Origin: a virus
Strand: one strand, 5' to 3'
Length of the DNA stretch: 64,000 nt
IMG/VR virus record: IMGVR_UViG_3300042901_002277
Part shown: in pieces, positions 56,127-64,000 of the stretch
How positions within the stretch are numbered: the first letter of the stretch is position 1
Layout of the letters: each line of letters starts with the position of its first letter
Notes under the pieces: generated by a model
Seen by the model: only the letters and a program-made list of their open reading frames with translations
What the model was told of the DNA's origin: nothing
Databases searched by the model: none
Program-made: the position numbers and the translations under genes

Positions 56127-56495
56127 CTAATCCCCAATAACCGTACGGTCTTGAAGGCCTGTCATAAATTTCTCAAAATCTTTTAGATTTACTGAGGTTT
56201 TGAATGAATTTTCGGACTCAATATCATAAATATCAAGATTCATTGATTGAACAAGAACGCTTGCAATATCTCCACAGTCATTTGATGCGTCATCAATTTC
56301 CTCTTCGCTCATGTCGTCGTCTATATAGAAGTACAGAAGCACTCCAGCAATGTGTTCGACGAGGTTCAGGCGTGCTTCATCTTTTGTTGTTGTCATGGGT
56401 TGCATCCTATCAGCGGTGGTGATAAAGTTGCAATCGCTGAAGTCACCCGACCTCGGCATACGTAAACCAAGGAGAAGAAATGAACCCGGCACCAA
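56127..56495 (-). CDS. Hypothetical acidic protein (true start likely internal)
   Basis: Internal Met start MQPMTTTK. Confidence 0.5.
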   Translation of the reverse strand: MVPGSFLLLGLRMPRSGDFSDCNFITTADRMQPMTTTKDEARLNLVEHIAGVLLYFYIDDDMSEEEIDDASNDCGDIASVLVQSMNLDIYDIESENSFKTSVNLKDFEKFMTGLQDRTVIGD

Positions 56496-56956
56496 CGGTG
56501 ATTATCGGTAACGTTACGGCGGAACCAGAACTCACCTTCACATCAAACGGACAGGCACGCCTGTCATTTTCAGTAGCTGCAAACTATGTTTGGTACGACC
56601 AGGCAGGCGAAAAGCAGGAAAAGGTTTCCTTTTTCAACATCGTCGCATGGCGCTACACAGCCGAGAATGCTGCAAAGACACTGGAAAAGGGAATTGGTGT
56701 AATCGTAACAGGACGCCTTGAACAGCGTTCATGGGACGACAAAGAGACAGGCCAAAAGCGTTCAACAGTCGAAGTTATTGCAGATGAAATTGCAATTAAC
56801 ACTCGCAGTGTTGAAACTGTTGTCCGTCGCACCAAGCAGGACGGTGGTCAAGCGCAGGGCGGTTCATCCGCTCCGGCACAGCGCCGCTCAAAGCCAGCAG
56901 CATCAAATCGTCAGCCAGTAGGCGTTGGCGTAGATGGTGAATCAGAACCATTCTGA
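56480..56956 (+). CDS. ssb: Single-stranded DNA-binding protein
   Basis: IIGNVT.EPEL.FT..G, GRLEQRSW, acidic EPF tail. Confidence 0.95.
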   Translation: MNPAPTVIIGNVTAEPELTFTSNGQARLSFSVAANYVWYDQAGEKQEKVSFFNIVAWRYTAENAAKTLEKGIGVIVTGRLEQRSWDDKETGQKRSTVEVIADEIAINTRSVETVVRRTKQDGGQAQGGSSAPAQRRSKPAASNRQPVGVGVDGESEPF

Positions 56957-57022
56957 TTCTTGCCCTTTAAATAAATAAAACCCTCGTTAATTTCGTGCAG
57001 AGACGCGAAGACGAGGGTTTTT

Positions 57023-57208
57023 TTATATCCTTTTTAAACCATGCAGTATTTTTGTAAGTTCATCGCCATCAAACGGAATTGCATAAGCGTCGACATAGTT
57101 TTTGGCATCCAACAGCATGTCTATGACTTCTGCCACTGGGACCGAAGACTTAGGGTCTTTAACTAATTGACCTGAAAGCCTTTGTAGGTGGGTTTCTATA
57201 GAGTCCAT
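57023..57208 (-). CDS. Small hypothetical protein
   Basis: ORF close behind a TATACT -10 element. Confidence 0.45.
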   Translation of the reverse strand: MDSIETHLQRLSGQLVKDPKSSVPVAEVIDMLLDAKNYVDAYAIPFDGDELTKILHGLKRI

Positions 57209-57318
57209 GAGTTAAGTATAAACACAAAAAATATCCTTACAGAGGTTGTCAATGCATTTTTTAGTTATTAATATCTAAGTCAACCTACAAATAGACGGAC
57301 ATAAAGGAGTTATTACTA

Positions 57319-57528
57319 ATGTCTGAATACAATAAACTCAAGAACAGCGGCCTTGGTCGTGGTCGTCCAAAACTCAATGAAGAAGAGCGCATTTTGCGGA
57401 AGCAGATGAACTCAGTGCGCCAAGAAGCTCGCAGACGAGCGCATCTTGTGCTTCAGCATCGTCATCAGGATGAGTACAATAAGATTTTTGAAGAAGAATT
57501 CAAATCTCTTAGCAAAAAGAGCCGTTAG
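57319..57528 (+). CDS. Small basic protein with AT-hook-like GRGRPK
   Basis: SD AAAGGAG; GRGRPK. Confidence 0.6.
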   Translation: MSEYNKLKNSGLGRGRPKLNEEERILRKQMNSVRQEARRRAHLVLQHRHQDEYNKIFEEEFKSLSKKSR

Positions 57529-57627
57529 TTTTATTTCTGCTCCTGGAAGTCTTTATCGACTTCCGGGGGCGGAACATCATGAACTAGTTCGCCAGTTTTA
57601 AATCTTAGAATAAGGGGCGGAGGTTCT

Positions 57628-57828
57628 TCAGGGGTACTCAATGTTGCCACTTTTCATTGAGCCTCTACCCTTTTTTGAGGGCTTCATAACTTTTGACTTT
57701 GATTTTCCATATTGAGATTCTAACCATTCGTCAAAGTCGTCTACTTCTCCCTGGCTTGAAATCACATATTTTTCGTATTGTTTTATAAGCCCAACGAGCT
57801 CGTCGTCTTCTTCGTCAAATCTTGGCAT
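57628..57828 (-). CDS. Small hypothetical protein
   Basis: Coupled ORF. Confidence 0.5.
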   Translation of the reverse strand: MPRFDEEDDELVGLIKQYEKYVISSQGEVDDFDEWLESQYGKSKSKVMKPSKKGRGSMKSGNIEYP

Positions 57829-57830
57829 TT

Positions 57831-58340
57831 CTATCTGGACCTTCTTGCTCTTCTTCCAGCTTTTGCCGCTCTCATGGTGTTTGGAACGAATTGTTTTCCT
57901 TTTTTACTTCCAGCAATCTTTTTTCTATTTGTCGCTGCTTTTTGTGCTGGAGTTAATTTCTCCCAAGCTGCTGCAGGGAGATACCTGCGCATTCCGTCTG
58001 GTCGGTTTGCTGGTTTACCATCGCTAGTTGTCCATTTTTCTTTTGTCCATTTTTTCAAGGACCGTTGAGTCTTGCTTAATCCACCGCGATATCCGCCGCC
58101 AGCTTTCCTGTATCGAACGGCAAGAAGTTGAGCCTTCCGAGCAGACCATTGACCTGGCTTCCCGCCTTCAGAACCGGCAAGGATGCGGGATTTAATTCTT
58201 TCCCTTAGTTCGGGTTTGGTGTATGAATTCTTGGCTGACTTTTCCATGAATTCTGAATCAACACCAGCTAAAAATTCCCCAACAGCAAGCTCAACCCAAT
58301 CAGGGCCGTAGTTCGTTGATTTGTCTTGTCTGCTCGCCAT
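57831..58340 (-). CDS. Highly basic DUF5872-like protein
   Basis: YTKPELRERIK..I.AG..GGKPGQWSARKAQLL...Y...GGGY; SLKKWTKEKW. Confidence 0.7.
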   Translation of the reverse strand: MASRQDKSTNYGPDWVELAVGEFLAGVDSEFMEKSAKNSYTKPELRERIKSRILAGSEGGKPGQWSARKAQLLAVRYRKAGGGYRGGLSKTQRSLKKWTKEKWTTSDGKPANRPDGMRRYLPAAAWEKLTPAQKAATNRKKIAGSKKGKQFVPNTMRAAKAGRRARRSR

Positions 58341-58394
58341 TGATGTCTCCGCTTAAAATAATACGCGATAAAAAAGCGGATTAGTGTTAAGTGT

Positions 58395-58694
58395 TTATTG
58401 CAGTCTTTGACCGCATTTTAGACAAGTGACAGACCACGGATAACGCCTAACTGATGGGTGCTCGCACTCAAGAAGGGTCTTTGCCTTTGCATTCAACACA
58501 TCGCGTATCCAGGCCGACATTGTTTTTCCATCAACCGCAGCAGCTTTTCTCCAGCGCTCTCTTACCTCATCTGTTGTTCTGATTAGGACGGATGTATTTG
58601 TCGGTCCCTCGTCTTCTTTTTCTAGTGGTCTTACTGACAGGTCTGTCGAGTCAGCGACGGCCTTCATTGCTGCTTCAAGGTTGCTGTCACTCAT
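58395..58694 (-). CDS. Ribbon-helix-helix protein with Zn ribbon
   Basis: VLIRTTDEVRERWRKAA...TMSAWIRDVL; CEH..CLKCG. Confidence 0.65.
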   Translation of the reverse strand: MSDSNLEAAMKAVADSTDLSVRPLEKEDEGPTNTSVLIRTTDEVRERWRKAAAVDGKTMSAWIRDVLNAKAKTLLECEHPSVRRYPWSVTCLKCGQRLQ

Positions 58695-59331
58695 TTGTTT
58701 CCTCTTCGATTGTTTCTTCCTCTGTAGATACTATCTCAGCATCAACGATGTCGGCCTCGCCAAGCATTTGTCTCACGGCACTTTCCGGCAGGACACCCGA
58801 CATTCCCATTAGTTGAAGAAGCTGTCTTGCTTCAGACTCTGGGTCGAAAGTGTTGCCTATCTGCTTCAACTGCTCCGAGCCAGCAAGTGTGGCCTTTATT
58901 GTCTCGCTGGTTTTATTCCCAACATCCATCTGAACGCTGATATTGGTTTGGTCCATGCCTAGAAGTTTTGTGCGCCTATCCATGATGGATAGAACCTGTT
59001 GTATTGCCTTTAAGTCTGGTTCAACGGCAACTTCTGTTCCGTCATCCATCACCTGTCTTCTATGCTGGGTTAATGGCCAAATTGCCTGCTGAAGACTATC
59101 TAGTCTTTCAAGCTCAAGCCGAAGAACTTCTGGATAAGCCATCAGTGTCTCACGGTTCATTTTCTCTAACTGACGAGATATTGCCTTAGACACGGCGCTC
59201 GTTGTCATTCCAAAACGCCTTGCTATCTCGGACGTTGAGGTCCCAGCTTGACGAAGTTTAAATATCCGCATGTCTCTTTCACCAAGAAACTCACGCGTAG
59301 CAATTTTATTGCTTTTGTCTTCGCTCATCAC
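58687..59331 (-). CDS. HTH protein, possible terminase small subunit
   Basis: LRQAGTSTSEIARRFG; LELERLDSL..AIW; KAI..VL.IMDRR.KLLG. Confidence 0.6.
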   Translation of the reverse strand: MMSEDKSNKIATREFLGERDMRIFKLRQAGTSTSEIARRFGMTTSAVSKAISRQLEKMNRETLMAYPEVLRLELERLDSLQQAIWPLTQHRRQVMDDGTEVAVEPDLKAIQQVLSIMDRRTKLLGMDQTNISVQMDVGNKTSETIKATLAGSEQLKQIGNTFDPESEARQLLQLMGMSGVLPESAVRQMLGEADIVDAEIVSTEEETIEEETNE

Positions 59332-59345
59332 CCTATCTTAGTGAC

Positions 59346-61175
59346 TTATTTGTCAACTTTCATGAACTCAATCACTTCGAACGGGAATACCTTGCCTCGC
59401 TTGATTTTCAATGGCCACTGACGCTGGTCACGCGCCCCTCTAAAGTGTCGAACGTCGTAAACATATGGTTCGTTAGCTGTTGGGTCTGGTTGAAGAGAAA
59501 TACCAAACTCCGGCCAGCGTGACCATACGGCAGAACCAAAAGGGCGCAACTCTCTTGTGTTCAGGGTCGTCCCAAGTGGTGCGTGGTGTTCAAGCCAAAG
59601 GGCGCATCCATAAACGGTTCTAATAGTGTCTAGATATTTGGCGACCTCAACAGCAATCGCTTCCGAGGTCCTGCCGCCTGGGTCAACGAATGCTTTATAC
59701 AAAGGACCCATGACCAAAATGTCGGGCTTGACTCTCTCAATCGCTTCCTCAAGAATCAATCTGTCTTCTGGCTTCAAAAGGTCCATTCCAGACGGCTTTG
59801 TTAAAACCTCTCCATAAACTCTTGCGACATGTCCACGACGCATTGCTTGCGTAAGAATTGCAGAAGAGGCTCTTCTGATAATCCGTTCAGGGTTTTCAAG
59901 GTCAACTGTCAACGTGACTACAGGCTTCATCTGCCCATACGTAAAAGGATGAATGCCAGCAGCAGCACAAAGCGCAACTTGGCGCGCGAGCATCGTTTTG
60001 CCAACACCTTCGGCAGCAACAACGATTACTCTTTCTCCACGTTCAAGAAGACCAGGAATAACCCAATCGTATGATTCATCAACTTGCTCTTCAATGAAAT
60101 CATTCCATTGAACTAGTCTGCCTGGGTCCGTGATTTGTTTTGATGTAGTTGCCGAAAGAATCATCGACATTTTTGAAACCATCTGGCCAGGACTTAAATC
60201 ATCTCTTCCAAATAGGTCTTGAATTTTAATCAGGGCGGAATCAAATATTGACTCCTTTTTCTCTTCAACTGGTTCATTCTCTTCTTGAATGTCATGCTCA
60301 ATGTTTTCTACTTGTTCAATTTCATTTTCTTCTGGTGGTGAAAAGGCAGAAAGACTATCGAATGTTCCGCCAGATGAAAGGTGGTCAGTGATGTCTTTCG
60401 TATCTGGACAAATCCACACCTGCGCATCACAGCCAGCAGCAGTAAGAACTTTTAAAATCCTAGAAGCATGTTCTCTACCAGGAACGTCATTGTCTGCAAC
60501 AATGTCTATAACCGCACCAGCCAAGGCTTCGGTGTGAATATCGAGCCAGTGTCCTGCACCGCCAGGCATGGTGGTGGCTACATATCCAAGAGAGGTAAGT
60601 GTGTCGGCGTCTTTTTCCCCCTCAACAACCCAAATTGGAGTACCCTCCGCTTTCGCGGCAATAACAGCAGGGAGATTGTAGAGAATTTTAGGAACATCAG
60701 AAAGAGAGTATGACCACTCACCATTCTCGAGAGGTTTGCGTTGTCTGAATGTTTTTACACCATCTTGATTTACATATCTAACCTTTTGAAATAAAAGTTC
60801 ACCAGATTCATTTAGGTAATCATAAGAACAGACAAATTTTAACTGCTCTTTGGTAATCGGTTTTGGCGATTGTTGCTGAACTGAAGCTTGTTTATCTTTT
60901 TTGATAATCGGTTTTTCGTAAATCGTGCTAGTTCCATTTTGAGGCATTATGTCAGCAATCGTTAGTCCGACTGCAGCACAAATTTCTCCAGCATCACAAC
61001 CATTACCACGATGGCAGTGGACTAGAACTCTTCCATCATTTCCCTCGCTGACTGAAAGAGATGGATTGTTATCGTCGTTTCTACACGGGCAACGAGCCAT
61101 GAAGTTTCCACCGCTTTGCCTGACACCATCTAGTCTGTCAAGAAAGCTCTGAACGATTGGGCCTGGGGAAGTCAT
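59346..61175 (-). CDS. Primase-helicase (Zn finger + TOPRIM + RecA-like AAA)
   Basis: CPC..CHRGNGC; VEGEKD, ADND; AAEGVGKT; RPFGS. Confidence 0.9.
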   Translation of the reverse strand: MTSPGPIVQSFLDRLDGVRQSGGNFMARCPCRNDDNNPSLSVSEGNDGRVLVHCHRGNGCDAGEICAAVGLTIADIMPQNGTSTIYEKPIIKKDKQASVQQQSPKPITKEQLKFVCSYDYLNESGELLFQKVRYVNQDGVKTFRQRKPLENGEWSYSLSDVPKILYNLPAVIAAKAEGTPIWVVEGEKDADTLTSLGYVATTMPGGAGHWLDIHTEALAGAVIDIVADNDVPGREHASRILKVLTAAGCDAQVWICPDTKDITDHLSSGGTFDSLSAFSPPEENEIEQVENIEHDIQEENEPVEEKKESIFDSALIKIQDLFGRDDLSPGQMVSKMSMILSATTSKQITDPGRLVQWNDFIEEQVDESYDWVIPGLLERGERVIVVAAEGVGKTMLARQVALCAAAGIHPFTYGQMKPVVTLTVDLENPERIIRRASSAILTQAMRRGHVARVYGEVLTKPSGMDLLKPEDRLILEEAIERVKPDILVMGPLYKAFVDPGGRTSEAIAVEVAKYLDTIRTVYGCALWLEHHAPLGTTLNTRELRPFGSAVWSRWPEFGISLQPDPTANEPYVYDVRHFRGARDQRQWPLKIKRGKVFPFEVIEFMKVDK

Positions 61176-61564
61176 TGCGCTTCTCGCAGAGCCTTCTTTA
61201 TTGCTGCATCCTTAAGACGATAGTTGCCCTTATACGCAAATCCATTGGCGTTTCTTCTTCCAATCCCTGGAAGGAAAATTCTTGCTTCGCGTGATAAAAG
61301 AATTCCCCTATCGCTTCTCATCATTGCGCGTTCGGCTTCTGTTTTTCCTCCCCAAATACCGATTGGTTCATGGCGAAGTGAGTACTCAAGACAGTGCTCT
61401 CTAGATGCACATGAATCGCAAAGCTCAATCGCTTCCTTTATATCCGCTCTGAATTTGAGCCACTGTTCTCTTGGTAAACCCTTTTCAATTACTGGGAACC
61501 ATTTATCGACGTCGTGTCCTTTGCAATTTCCCTCTGCTGGTGGCGCATCGTGGTTTGGCAACAA
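61172..61564 (-). CDS. whiB: WhiB-family transcription factor
   Basis: C..CDSC..C and GIWGG. Confidence 0.9.
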   Translation of the reverse strand: MLPNHDAPPAEGNCKGHDVDKWFPVIEKGLPREQWLKFRADIKEAIELCDSCASREHCLEYSLRHEPIGIWGGKTEAERAMMRSDRGILLSREARIFLPGIGRRNANGFAYKGNYRLKDAAIKKALREAQ

Positions 61565-61573
61565 TTCAACTCC

Positions 61574-61996
61574 TTACGTCGGATTAGGTTTGGTTATCCT
61601 AGCGACGTCGGATGAAGAAAGAAATACCAGAGCGTGTTTTACTACAAGATTTCCTGAGATGTCCGTAGCGACAATATCGATTGCTTCTAATGGTATTTTA
61701 AACCTTGAAGCAATTGCTGCTTTCATTTTGCTTATATCAATTTCTTCTTCAACAAATTTAACATTGTCATCAATGTCTGTTGGAATGGCTCCGGCGGTAA
61801 GAGCCTTCATTTCGCCATCTTTTTCTACAGCGCGAAGACACCATGCACAGGCTAATTTTGGGGTTGATGCAGCACGCGCACGTGTTTCAGTGTGTCCACA
61901 GGAAAGCAAGTGTCGGTATTCGACTTTTCCCCAAGCACCCTCGCGAGTGATTTGAACCACGTCTTGGCGTGGTGCTTTGCGATGTTCAGTTGTCAC
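61574..61996 (-). CDS. Hypothetical protein (CGH..CxxC)
   Basis: LSCGH..CAWC. Confidence 0.55.
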   Translation of the reverse strand: MTTEHRKAPRQDVVQITREGAWGKVEYRHLLSCGHTETRARAASTPKLACAWCLRAVEKDGEMKALTAGAIPTDIDDNVKFVEEEIDISKMKAAIASRFKIPLEAIDIVATDISGNLVVKHALVFLSSSDVARITKPNPT

Positions 61997-62023
61997 AACC
62001 CACCATTATGGTGGAAGAAGAAG

Positions 62024-62287
62024 TTACTTCGAGAGACGTCTGAAAAGCTTTCGCAGCCACTTCTTTGCGCCACGAGCATCAACTGATACTTGCGCTGGAA
62101 TGCTGTCGATTAACTTCTCAATTTTGTCTGCATGCTCTGCTACTTGCTTCGCTGCAATTTCTTCAATGAAGTCTTCTGCTTTTGCAAAAGTGCTTTTTGG
62201 AGCAGCCTTCTTCGCAGGAGCCTTTTTAGCTGGCGCCTTTTTAGCAGGAGCTTTCTTTGCTGTTGTCTTTTTCTTTGCTGTTGCCAT
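62024..62287 (-). CDS. Histone-like protein with AKKAP repeats
   Basis: AKKAPAKKAPAKKAPAKKAAPK. Confidence 0.7.
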   Translation of the reverse strand: MATAKKKTTAKKAPAKKAPAKKAPAKKAAPKSTFAKAEDFIEEIAAKQVAEHADKIEKLIDSIPAQVSVDARGAKKWLRKLFRRLSK

Positions 62288-62369
62288 GTCCTTGACTTTA
62301 TCAAACCATTTGCCCCCGTAGTGGAACCACCTCCCCCGTTGGTGGCAGGGTTGGACCTAGGCTGTTCGT

Positions 62370-63017
62370 GTGGAAGGCTCTTATGACAACGATTATAGTA
62401 AAATTGCTCTTGCTATAACTGCCGCCCAATTAGCAAAATCTACGAGCGTAAAAGAATTTGGAATTGGTGAGGATTTATCAATTAATTTCTTTGGCTGGGA
62501 AGAGGACAGATTGGCCATCGTCTGCCAGATGAGGCAGGACATGATGAAGATTGACCCAGAAGAGCGTTTGGCGCGCTGTACGGAGCTCTGTGCTGTTCTG
62601 AGGCGATACTGGGGCGTCTCGTCCATAACAATGGTTGCTGAGGGCTACTGCTCTGCAAACATGACTGAGACAGAGGGGTTATCCCTATCCGATGCGTTTC
62701 TTGATGCCTCAAAACCGGTAAAAGAGTGCATCACTGTAACCAACGTAACCTTGGATGAAAAGGCTGTTTCTGACGGTGGTTTTGTGACGACGATTATTGC
62801 CGTTCCTTATGCCTACGAGCTAGGAAGGACGCTGAAGTGGTTTGACACCCTCATTTACACGAATGGAGGGGGAAAGAACTTCAGGAACTCCAAATACCCT
62901 CAGTCCATGAGGCGAGCTTTAAAGAATAAGGTTGTAGATGACCTGCCAGACGAAGCGTACGAGGAGCTAATAGGTCTTATTAATTCAAATGGATTTCATA
63001 TACAGGAATTTTATTAA
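62370..63017 (+). CDS. Hypothetical protein
   Basis: 215-aa ORF. Confidence 0.6.
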   Translation: MEGSYDNDYSKIALAITAAQLAKSTSVKEFGIGEDLSINFFGWEEDRLAIVCQMRQDMMKIDPEERLARCTELCAVLRRYWGVSSITMVAEGYCSANMTETEGLSLSDAFLDASKPVKECITVTNVTLDEKAVSDGGFVTTIIAVPYAYELGRTLKWFDTLIYTNGGGKNFRNSKYPQSMRRALKNKVVDDLPDEAYEELIGLINSNGFHIQEFY

Positions 63018-63033
63018 AGTATAATTATTACAA

Positions 63034-63372
63034 ATGCCATTTTACGATAACTCATATGACGACATGTACGGTCGTTCGCGCAATCTGTTCGACAACGTCA
63101 CAATTCTGCCAGCTGATAGGACTCCGTGCCTTGTTTGCGGCCACCCAACCGGGGACTGTGCTGGGGATAACTCCTCTCACACGAGAATAGCTGGATTCGG
63201 AATGATTGATTCGCTCAAGGCTATTCAAACTTTTTTGGTTGAAGAAGACATACACGAAGAGAGACAGATAACACCTTCAATAAAAACAAAAGTTCTGTTG
63301 CATAAGAAGGGTAAACAGATACCATATGCCGAAGCCGAGAGGCTTGGGTTAATTAAAAGCTGGACAAACTAA
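63034..63372 (+). CDS. Hypothetical protein
   Basis: CLVCGHPTGDC. Confidence 0.6.
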   Translation: MPFYDNSYDDMYGRSRNLFDNVTILPADRTPCLVCGHPTGDCAGDNSSHTRIAGFGMIDSLKAIQTFLVEEDIHEERQITPSIKTKVLLHKKGKQIPYAEAERLGLIKSWTN

Positions 63373-63464
63373 GAGCAAAGTTACTACGACTTTAGACCCT
63401 TTCAGTATTCTCGGTTAAGTTAAAATCGATACCTACTCAAATCACTATCACAACAGGAAAAATC

Positions 63465-64000
63465 ATGACTTCGCTTGACCAATCATTCGTGGATTCGTAT
63501 TCTCTAAAACAAGCTCCTTGGGGCTTCAACGGTATGGGGGAAATTGTATTTCTTCGTACATACAGTCGCAAGAAAGAAGATGGGAATAACGAGAGTTGGC
63601 CAGAAACATTGCAGCGTGTTATCAATGGCGCAATGGAAGTCGGAGTCGAGTACACGAAAGAAGAAGCAGAGGCATTGTTTGACCACTGCTTTAATCTTCG
63701 CTGTTCGTTTTCGGGTCGCTCCCTTTGGCAACTTGGAACTCCGCTTGTTCAGAAGTTCAATGCAACATCGTTGAATAACTGCTACTTCACCAATATCGAA
63801 AAGATTGAAGACTTTGAACTCTTGTTTGAATATTTGATGCTTGGCGGTGGCGTTGGCTTTTCTGTTGAGCGTTCAAAGATTCACGACCTGCCAAAAGTTA
63901 AGTCTGGTGTAACAATTACTCACGAACGTTCCAACGATGCAGACATCATTGTTCCTGACTCACGTCAAGGATGGAAGCGTCTTCTTCATGCGGTGTTGAA
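63465..64000 (+). CDS. nrdJ: Class II (B12-dependent) ribonucleotide reductase, 5' part (runs off the window)
   Basis: Manual translation MTSLDQ...FLRTYSRKK...ESWPET..RVING...SGRSLWQLG...LNNC...LMLGGGVGFSV...VPDSRQGW. Confidence 0.9.
   Translation, partial: MTSLDQSFVDSYSLKQAPWGFNGMGEIVFLRTYSRKKEDGNNESWPETLQRVINGAMEVGVEYTKEEAEALFDHCFNLRCSFSGRSLWQLGTPLVQKFNATSLNNCYFTNIEKIEDFELLFEYLMLGGGVGFSVERSKIHDLPKVKSGVTITHERSNDADIIVPDSRQGWKRLLHAVL

Overview
This is a 64-kb segment of a large tailed phage that most likely infects Actinobacteria. The evidence is three WhiB-family genes, Gram-positive/actinobacterial LexA boxes, leaderless genes and an M15 endolysin. No capsid, portal or integrase gene was recognised. 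Layout: (1) 1-4.7 kb, a large surface protein and a lysis/membrane module; (2) 4.7-8.5 kb, an AT-rich island encoding SGNH-like, carbamoyltransferase and glycosyltransferase proteins; (3) 8.8-21.3 kb, a phosphoesterase, a proteasome-beta-like protease, HNH, WhiB, a replication initiator/loader-like pair and a MoxR-AAA/vWA pair; (4) 21.3-49.7 kb, an array of small self-contained expression cassettes; (5) 49.8-64 kb, tRNA-Ile(CAU), a D-armless tRNA-like RNA with a UAU anticodon, an EndoVII-like nuclease, a transglycosylase, SSB, a primase-helicase, WhiB and the 5' part of class II RNR. Region 4 is the most unusual part and has a regular intergenic pattern. It holds about 33 copies of a promoter TTTTGGAAATTTGGTATC-N8-TANNNT and 16 AGCCCCG-(unique 17-72 nt, mostly 25-30)-CGGGGCT brackets. 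It also carries a polar TGACGGTGGTGGAAAG motif, apparent host-regulator sites (4 LexA boxes, a parS, an IdeR/DtxR-like site), hairpins that display anti-Shine-Dalgarno loops, and a promoter-driven, ORF-free, highly structured RNA of about 220 nt at 45033-45255. All family calls come from reading motifs by eye; no database searches were run and motif counts were made by hand.
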